DNA of 64,000 bases from an uncultured Thermoprotei archaeon (GTDB lineage: Archaea; Thermoproteota; Thermoprotei; Thermofilales; B15-G2). Shown here one piece after another: positions 58,308 through 64,000 of this stretch (its first letter is position 1; each line of letters opens with the position of its first letter). The notes below the pieces were generated by a model. The model saw nothing but the letters and a program-made list of their open reading frames with translations, searched no databases and had not been told where the DNA came from. Both the position numbers and the translations under genes were made by a program. The DNA is taken from the NCBI GenBank assembly GCA_965367815.1, contig CBDUKN010000008.1, positions 46,924 through 110,923 on the forward strand, in the 5' to 3' direction.

Positions 58308-59816
58308 TTATTCATTGTTTTCACCTGTATAAGAGGTTATTGAATGTGTGTTTAGGCTTAGAGAATATTTATAGGGCTTTGATTTAGTATCGACTATAAG
58401 TAAGCCTTTTTCAGCTAAATCGTCTAGTAGTTTTTTAGCATACCTGTAGCTAATACTCATTTCTTCTGCGAGCTCTCTAGCGGTGACTGTTTTGAGGCTC
58501 TCTACTACTGCCAGGGCCTTGATGTGTTTTTCTGTGAGGTTTTGTGTCTGTATTCTTATCGAGGGGAGAACATATTTTTCGACCAGCTCTAGGTCTTCTC
58601 TGGAGGCTACTATGTACTCTACTCCGTTTACGCTTATTTTCTCCCTTGTATGCTGGTGCAGTACTGCATAGGCTTTAATGAAGTTCACTATTTTCTTGAA
58701 GTCTCTCCTAGCCCTAACTGTCAGCGGAATTTCTATTCCGTCTAGCAGCTCCTCCGGTATAATAACGTCGTATTTCTTTAATGTCCTGAAGAAAAGCTTC
58801 AGCACTTTTGCTTTTTTGGCGAGCTCTCTCTTCTTTTCCTTCTCCTCTATGCTTGTTTCAAGCCTCTTGATGTGCTCTATTACTTTCTTGGTCTGCTCTG
58901 GGCTCTCGTCTAGGTTTATGAAAAGCGTCCTAGTCTCCATGTCTTCGTCAATACTTATTCTAGTCGTAGTGGTTATTACGACAGGAGTGCCTAAGATCTT
59001 CCTGTTTACTGTCTTCATTTCACCTGTCTTAGGGTCTCTCGTAACATAGCTTACTGTGAGCTCTCCTTCGCTGATAGTTATTCTAGCCGAGTAGGCTGCT
59101 TCCCTCATTCCCTCGTATTCCTGTATGTAGAGTATCGTCCTGCCGAGGCTCCTAGGCATGTAGTCTAGCGCCCTCGGGGTAAGCCTTGTTACCGAGAACC
59201 ACCACTTCTTAGGCGTTATTTTCCTGAAAGCATTCACTAGGTTGTTCTTGCCTACGCTGCTGGGGCCCTGTAGCACTGCGTGTAGCCGGTAGTCTTTGGG
59301 CAGGAACCTCGAAGATATGACTCCTATGAGCTGGTATTTGGCGGCCTCGTCTCCGACGTGGTAGAAGTCCACTACCTCGAGTATGTGCTTGATAGGGCTC
59401 TTTCTGATTTCCTCCAGCTCTTCTCTGTACTCTTCCTCGAGCTTCCTGAGCCTTTCCTCCCGCTCCCTCTTCTTCTCCTCCCTGTACTTCTCGTACTTCT
59501 CTACGAGCTCCCTGACGACCCTAGTCTTGAGGAAGCCCTGGAACTCCACTAGAGTTATGTCGCCTAGGCCTTTCTTCAAGAGGTGTCTGAAGGAGGCGTA
59601 GCGGGGCTGCATCAGCTTGTCTACGCGGTCGTAGGGGACTTCGGCTGAGTCTAAGACGTCTTCGCTGCCCTGCTCCTTTATAGTGAGCTTCAGGAGAGGC
59701 TTCTTCAGACCCTTCTCTCTGCGCAGCTCGGCGTAGAGGACAAGCGAGCCCTGCAGGGGCACCGCTACTACTGGGTAGAGAGTGTCTTCGCTCAAGTCTA
59801 CTACCCGGAGCGTCAT
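58308..59816 (-). CDS. AAA+ P-loop ATPase, putative replicative helicase (MCM-like) with C-terminal wHTH
   Basis: Walker A GPSSVGKN, Walker B-like LYIQEYE, sensor ITTT, Arg finger TRTL, RARRD; TARELAEEMSISY HTH. Confidence 0.75.
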   Translation of the reverse strand: MTLRVVDLSEDTLYPVVAVPLQGSLVLYAELRREKGLKKPLLKLTIKEQGSEDVLDSAEVPYDRVDKLMQPRYASFRHLLKKGLGDITLVEFQGFLKTRVVRELVEKYEKYREEKKREREERLRKLEEEYREELEEIRKSPIKHILEVVDFYHVGDEAAKYQLIGVISSRFLPKDYRLHAVLQGPSSVGKNNLVNAFRKITPKKWWFSVTRLTPRALDYMPRSLGRTILYIQEYEGMREAAYSARITISEGELTVSYVTRDPKTGEMKTVNRKILGTPVVITTTTRISIDEDMETRTLFINLDESPEQTKKVIEHIKRLETSIEEKEKKRELAKKAKVLKLFFRTLKKYDVIIPEELLDGIEIPLTVRARRDFKKIVNFIKAYAVLHQHTREKISVNGVEYIVASREDLELVEKYVLPSIRIQTQNLTEKHIKALAVVESLKTVTARELAEEMSISYRYAKKLLDDLAEKGLLIVDTKSKPYKYSLSLNTHSITSYTGENNE

Positions 59817-60136
59817 TTCACCGCCTTCCTGTAGAGGTACTCGGGGAGGTCTCTCGTGAAAGACTCCTCTATGAGCCTCATGAGGAGGCCGTTGACTTCT
59901 ACGAAGACTGTTTTGTTGCCCTGAGCTATCCTCAGCACTCTGGATACGCCAGCTTCCTCGAAGACGTAGAGGACGTCTATGACGGCTCTCCTCAAGCCCT
60001 TTTCGACCACTATTTTCTGGCCGAGGTTCCCCGCCCTAGTCGTCCTGGGAGGGTGCTTCGTGATCTTCAGGCGGCCCAGCCAGAAAACTTTTTTACTTCC
60101 AGAGGCGCTAATTCCAGTAGACCCCACCTCTACCAC
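59813..60136 (-). CDS. Hypothetical protein of the element (start uncertain)
   Basis: ATGA overlap with the downstream ATPase gene. Confidence 0.6.
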   Translation of the reverse strand: MVEVGSTGISASGSKKVFWLGRLKITKHPPRTTRAGNLGQKIVVEKGLRRAVIDVLYVFEEAGVSRVLRIAQGNKTVFVEVNGLLMRLIEESFTRDLPEYLYRKAVK

Positions 60137-60233
60137 CCCCCCGGGCTGGGGCTTAAAACCCTCCCCGTTTTCTCGTCACCTGATGTGGAGCCTACATGGG
60201 TTCCTCATCGACTTACTGCAATATGGCTCTCCC

Positions 60234-60431
60234 TCACCGCTCCGGTGACCTTATCACTATCCAGACGTCTATTTTGCGTCCCTGTAGCGCCTCCCAGAGA
60301 GTGTTGAGTCGGCTCGGCAGGTACACTTTGAACCTCTTTTTGCCCTCTCTCACGACGCTGCAGTCGTCTAAGGGTATCACCTGAGCCCCCTTGATTTTCC
60401 TCAGGAGGGTCTCAGCGCTCACCGTTCTCAC
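60234..60431 (-). CDS. Small hypothetical protein (possibly AbrB-like)
   Basis: VREGKKRFKVYLP beta-hairpin pattern; overlapping co-directional chain. Confidence 0.5.
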   Translation of the reverse strand: MRTVSAETLLRKIKGAQVIPLDDCSVVREGKKRFKVYLPSRLNTLWEALQGRKIDVWIVIRSPER

Positions 60432-60594
60432 CCTTCACGGCCTCAATGAAGTAGATGATCGCTTTCTCGTAGAAGTCCGAGATGGTCTTTATCCCGAGCT
60501 CTACTTTAAGCTCAGCCGGCATTTTCTCTACCATCCGCTTGACCGCCCTGTGGATCTCCTCCTCAATATACACTTTCACCTGAATCCGAGGCAT
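60412..60594 (-). CDS. Small ribbon-helix-helix-like protein
   Basis: RIQVKVYIEEEIH...TISDFYEKAI pattern; GGGTGGAGG SD-like upstream. Confidence 0.65.
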   Translation of the reverse strand: MPRIQVKVYIEEEIHRAVKRMVEKMPAELKVELGIKTISDFYEKAIIYFIEAVKGENGER

Positions 60595-60796
60595 AAGCCT
60601 CCACCCTTTCCCTCAAGGCCCTGAGGAAAAGCAAAACAGCATAATTATAGAGATCAGACTTGCTCCTAATAACATACTTTAGCCTCTCAGGCAAGTTCCG
60701 GTAAACTTCTTCAGCTCTCCTGCAGACCTCTCTATCTATTGAGAGTGTCACCAGACGTCTCACTGTACCACCGTAGTATGTAATACGTACCAGCAT
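60563..60796 (-). CDS. Small ribbon-helix-helix-like protein
   Basis: RLVTLSIDREV...SKSDLYNYAV pattern. Confidence 0.6.
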   Translation of the reverse strand: MLVRITYYGGTVRRLVTLSIDREVCRRAEEVYRNLPERLKYVIRSKSDLYNYAVLLFLRALRERVEAYASDSGESVY

Positions 60797-60864
60797 ATTT
60801 ATAGATTTTGCTCACCGTACTATAGTACTAAGTTTTATGTACTCCGGAGCACAGAGTATAGTAT
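60797..60864. promoter_or_regulatory. Divergent promoter region with palindromic operator candidates
   Basis: GTACTATAGTAC (60817-60828), TGTACTCCGGAGCACA (60838-60853), TATA-like TTTATA and TTTTAT. Confidence 0.55.
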
Positions 60865-61158
60865 ATGCCGAGGCTTCGGAGGAGTCTAGACCGCCGCCTC
60901 CTCTTCACAGAGGCAGCCGAGCTCCTCCTAGACATCTACGACGCGGGAGGAGAAAACGTGCCCTTGAGCGAGCTAGTAGTCAAAAGCAAGGTGGGCAGGC
61001 AGAGCGTATACAAGTACTACCGAATTCTAGCTGAAAAAGGCCTGCTGGAAGTAGTCCAAGAGACGTTCCCGGGAAGAATATACCTCACGCTGACCCCCCG
61101 AGGAAAAGAAATAGCAGAACACCTCAAAAAAATAGAAGAACTATACGAGACAACATAA
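60865..61158 (+). CDS. Winged-helix transcriptional regulator
   Basis: LSELVVKSKVGRQSVYKYYRILAEKGLL...LTPRGKEIA. Confidence 0.85.
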   Translation: MPRLRRSLDRRLLFTEAAELLLDIYDAGGENVPLSELVVKSKVGRQSVYKYYRILAEKGLLEVVQETFPGRIYLTLTPRGKEIAEHLKKIEELYETT

Positions 61159-61407
61159 ACTAAACATATCCTAGAATACAAATAAAACATTTAAACTGAC
61201 CACGTAACATTATTTAGCAAAAATAGTTGGATATCGAAGACTATTATATTATTTAATTTTAAATAAAATAATTAAAATATTTGTAATTTAACCGAAGAAA
61301 GTTTACATCAATTTCCTAAAGATTATTACGCTCTCTTCCCGTGACTATTTGGCTCAAATTTTTTAGAGAAAAACCTTATATACAATAGTCTAGGTAAACT
61401 ATCAATC

Positions 61408-61980
61408 ATGGATTTAGATAAAGTAGTTGATATCTTGAGAAATATAGCTAAAAAAATACGCGTAAGCAGAGTACAAGAGAAAGTAGAAATAGCTATCGAA
61501 GGAAGAAAGTTGTATGTGGATTCCGACAAAGAGGAATTAGTTATTCCTCATCTCTTAAGAACATTCCTGTTAAATGCGACTAAAAAATACCTAAAAGTCG
61601 TTCCCAGAGAAAAACACCAAGACCTTTTAAATAGCTTATACTATTACATTACCGGTTATTACGGAGCATTTTTGAAGAGCAAGTTAGAGAAATATAGAAA
61701 AACTCCTCCGGGCTGGATCGGAAATACAAGTTTAGCTGAAACTTTCTCTAGTGGCAGAAAAAAAGAATACTTACCTCATTATCCTCCTTACTTCGATCAC
61801 GTAAAATATACTGAAGACTCAATAATAGTAGAACCCTACTCTATGACAATGGAGGAATTCCAAAAGCTCATAGATTTATGTAAAAGAAACGGCTTAACAT
61901 TTACTGTGAGCGGGGAGTCCTGCCATTTACCTGGCCATACTTTTAGGATAAAGATAGAGCCCTTGAAAGAGCAAAAGTAA
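61408..61980 (+). CDS. Hypothetical protein (cargo)
   Basis: 190-aa ORF after an AT-rich promoter region; C-terminal FDH...VEPY...GESCHLPG.T. Confidence 0.7.
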   Translation: MDLDKVVDILRNIAKKIRVSRVQEKVEIAIEGRKLYVDSDKEELVIPHLLRTFLLNATKKYLKVVPREKHQDLLNSLYYYITGYYGAFLKSKLEKYRKTPPGWIGNTSLAETFSSGRKKEYLPHYPPYFDHVKYTEDSIIVEPYSMTMEEFQKLIDLCKRNGLTFTVSGESCHLPGHTFRIKIEPLKEQK

Positions 61981-61990
61981 AGAAAAAGGA

Positions 61991-62209
61991 CTAAATTAAG
62001 CGAGTCTGAACTTTAACTTCGCCGAGCTGGTTTAATATCTCCCTAACAGCCTCTATAAGATATTTTGGAACATTATCTTCTTTCTCTAAATTATTCAAAA
62101 TCTTCTCTAGCGTTTCTTTCCAAGCCTCTTTGTAGGCTTTTACTTCCTCGATCGTCGGAGGCACTATTTTTCCTCTCTTTTTCCTCTTTCTCCGGCCCGC
62201 GCCTCTCAC
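61991..62209 (-). CDS. Small basic hypothetical protein
   Basis: 72-aa ORF with GTG start; overlaps the 3' end of the upstream ORF. Confidence 0.45.
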   Translation of the reverse strand: MRGAGRRKRKKRGKIVPPTIEEVKAYKEAWKETLEKILNNLEKEDNVPKYLIEAVREILNQLGEVKVQTRLI

Positions 62210-62765
62210 CGGTTTCAGTTGCTACTGAATAAAAGTCTCTGGAAGGCTCAGTGAGCCCTCTGAAGAGCATGATGGCTATGAGCCCCATTAAGCACAGTGA
62301 TGAGGGTAAGATAACTTGAGCGAATGTAATTGTAATAAGGGCTCTTACTTGCTCTAGCTCGTATAGACTCGCGTTTGTCAAGATCTTTATGTTCTCCTGA
62401 AAGGTCTCGTATCCGTACCTGTCTATTATGAGGATAGGGCTAAAGTAGAACAGTAGTTTCAAAAATACTACTGAAAAGAAGTCTACGAGAATTAAGCTGA
62501 TAAATACTACTCTCCTCCGAAAACCTCTTGGAGACACCTCAGGTTTTAGCGCACCCAAGAGGAAGCCTATAAGCAGGAAAATGTAGCCGTCTATCAGATC
62601 CCCTAGGCTGAGACTGTAAAAAGCGTAATACCACTTAAAGTCTATCAGAAACGCTATTACTAGAGTAGCGAGTCCGAAGGAAGAAATCGCGGTCAAAGTA
62701 ATCATCACCGCGTCCGCTATTATTTCTTTTATTTTCGAAAATCTTGAACACATGTTTAAGAACAC
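62091..62765 (-). CDS. Hypothetical membrane protein (about 4 TM)
   Basis: Four hydrophobic segments. Confidence 0.65.
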   Translation of the reverse strand: MFLNMCSRFSKIKEIIADAVMITLTAISSFGLATLVIAFLIDFKWYYAFYSLSLGDLIDGYIFLLIGFLLGALKPEVSPRGFRRRVVFISLILVDFFSVVFLKLLFYFSPILIIDRYGYETFQENIKILTNASLYELEQVRALITITFAQVILPSSLCLMGLIAIMLFRGLTEPSRDFYSVATETGERRGPEKEEKERKNSASDDRGSKSLQRGLERNAREDFE

Positions 62766-62845
62766 AGCCTGTGCAACTAAATACTTTACTCAGTGTTTAC
62801 TTTAGCATAAGCATATATTAAAATATTGAAGAAAAATAAAGTATT

Positions 62846-63958
62846 TTATTTGACTACTCTTCTTATTTCTCTTACTGCCCATTCGTCTGCTTTTGAGGGC
62901 GGGAGGTGGTAGACTACGGTGGGTACTCCGAGAGCCTGCGTGAACTCTTCTAGCTTCTCTGTTCCCTCGTTTATTATCACTAGGACTACTTCTTTTATCC
63001 TGCCTCTGTAGTTGGCTACTTCGGCGTAGTCGTGTATTTCCGCGTCTGTTATAATGTATACCAGCAGGTCTTTTCCCTGCAAGAGCTCTAGGGCGGGTGC
63101 AAGCCTAGTGTCTCTCTGGTTCGGGTAGTAGCGGAGGAGCGCCTTTACTGCTCTGACGTAGTCGAAGCCCTGGGCGACTGTTTTCGCGCGGACTCCGAAG
63201 AATATGAGCTGGAACGGCACTCTCTTCCTGTTCAGCAGAGCTAGAATACTTACCGCGGCTTTCCTAGCTGCCTTAGCTTTATAGAGGTAGCCCATGGATC
63301 CGCTGTCGTCTAAGACTATTGCCACGGCCTTGTAGGAGAAAGGCTCTTCGAGTCCCTCGAGCCTCCTCGAGTCCCTTTTGACAGTAGTGAGCCCGGGTAC
63401 AAGCAGAGGGCTCTGGGAGAGAGAGGCGTAGTAGTCTAGCTTCGAAGGCGAGTCACCGGGAACCCACCTGTCTAGACGCGTCGCCGCCCTCCCAAAGAGA
63501 GACTGCTTTTTCTCGTGCTCTAGGTACCAGTCGTAGGCCTTTACGAGCGCCCTCAGGGTTGCTCTGTCTTCGCTGAAGCGCACTCCCTCTTCTTCCGCGA
63601 CTTCCTTCAAGTAGTCTGCCGCCTCGGGCTCTCCTTCGCGCACCAGCTCGCTATACGCCTCCTCGAAGTCCTCCGGACTAGGCTCTCCAGCCAAGTCGAG
63701 GGGCATTCCCGTGGGCCTGTTTCTCTCAAGCCAGAGCGCCGTCCAGTACCCCAAGTTCTCCAAGTCTCTCTTCTCTAGGACTTTGACGATCTCGCTGTAG
63801 ACGCGCCCCTTAATGAGTCCTACAGCAGCGGCTCTAGCTAGGTCGCAGGGAGGAGGGTCTAGGTGCCGCAGGGCTTTTTCGGCGTACTCAGCAATGTTTT
63901 TTCTTGCTACGGGGCTCTTCTTCGCGAGCTCGTAGTCTATTACGGAGTCGTATACTAT
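62846..63958 (-). CDS. von Willebrand factor A domain protein (5' truncated)
   Basis: MIDAS DDSGSM, T in RDTRL, IITDAE; N-terminal MYKRQ in the ORF track derives from adapter. Confidence 0.88.
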   Translation of the reverse strand: MVYDSVIDYELAKKSPVARKNIAEYAEKALRHLDPPPCDLARAAAVGLIKGRVYSEIVKVLEKRDLENLGYWTALWLERNRPTGMPLDLAGEPSPEDFEEAYSELVREGEPEAADYLKEVAEEEGVRFSEDRATLRALVKAYDWYLEHEKKQSLFGRAATRLDRWVPGDSPSKLDYYASLSQSPLLVPGLTTVKRDSRRLEGLEEPFSYKAVAIVLDDSGSMGYLYKAKAARKAAVSILALLNRKRVPFQLIFFGVRAKTVAQGFDYVRAVKALLRYYPNQRDTRLAPALELLQGKDLLVYIITDAEIHDYAEVANYRGRIKEVVLVIINEGTEKLEEFTQALGVPTVVYHLPPSKADEWAVREIRRVVK

Positions 63959-64000
63959 CTGTCTCTTATACACATCTCCGAGCCCACGAGACCTCTCTAC
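63959..64000 (+). other. Illumina Nextera adapter read-through (artefact)
   Basis: CTGTCTCTTATACACATCT (Tn5 mosaic end) + CCGAGCCCACGAGAC + 8-nt index CTCTCTAC. Confidence 0.97.

Larger units (their letters stand above)
55144..63958. mobile_element. tRNA-Thr-integrated plasmid or provirus (right end missing)
   Basis: tRNA followed by tyrosine integrase, primase-polymerase, AAA+ ATPase and RHH/wHTH cluster; visibly more C/G-ending codons than host genes. Confidence 0.88.

Noticed and set aside
63959-63977. Transposon end of a native IS50/Tn5 element
   Set aside because: It is followed by Illumina adapter and index sequence, so it is a library artefact

Overview
This is a core-genome region of an archaeon. 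Fused rpoB, split rpoA, eukaryote-shared ribosomal proteins, Alba and non-canonical tRNA introns point to Thermoproteota, probably Thermofilum/Thermoproteales-like (inference). Positions 1-54.8 kb hold a rearranged translation/transcription supercluster: about 30 ribosomal proteins, EF-2, EF-1a, EF-1b, SecY, RNA polymerase subunits, Cdc6, RFC, FEN1, CDC48, RtcB plus archease, Cbf5 and six tRNAs, four with introns. From about 55.1 kb to the end is a tRNA-Thr-integrated mobile element with a tyrosine integrase, primase-polymerase, AAA+ helicase-like ATPase, a palindromic ori-like spacer, small DNA-binding proteins and a vWA protein. The last 42 nt are Nextera adapter contamination. The main finding is that the essential uS5 gene is split by a 24-nt, stop-containing insert (15667-15690) forming a perfect tRNA-type bulge-helix-bulge splicing motif. 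It closely resembles the 22-nt BHB intron in cbf5 (32275-32296), suggesting a family of related mRNA micro-introns processed by the tRNA splicing machinery. All calls were made by eye, with no database searches.
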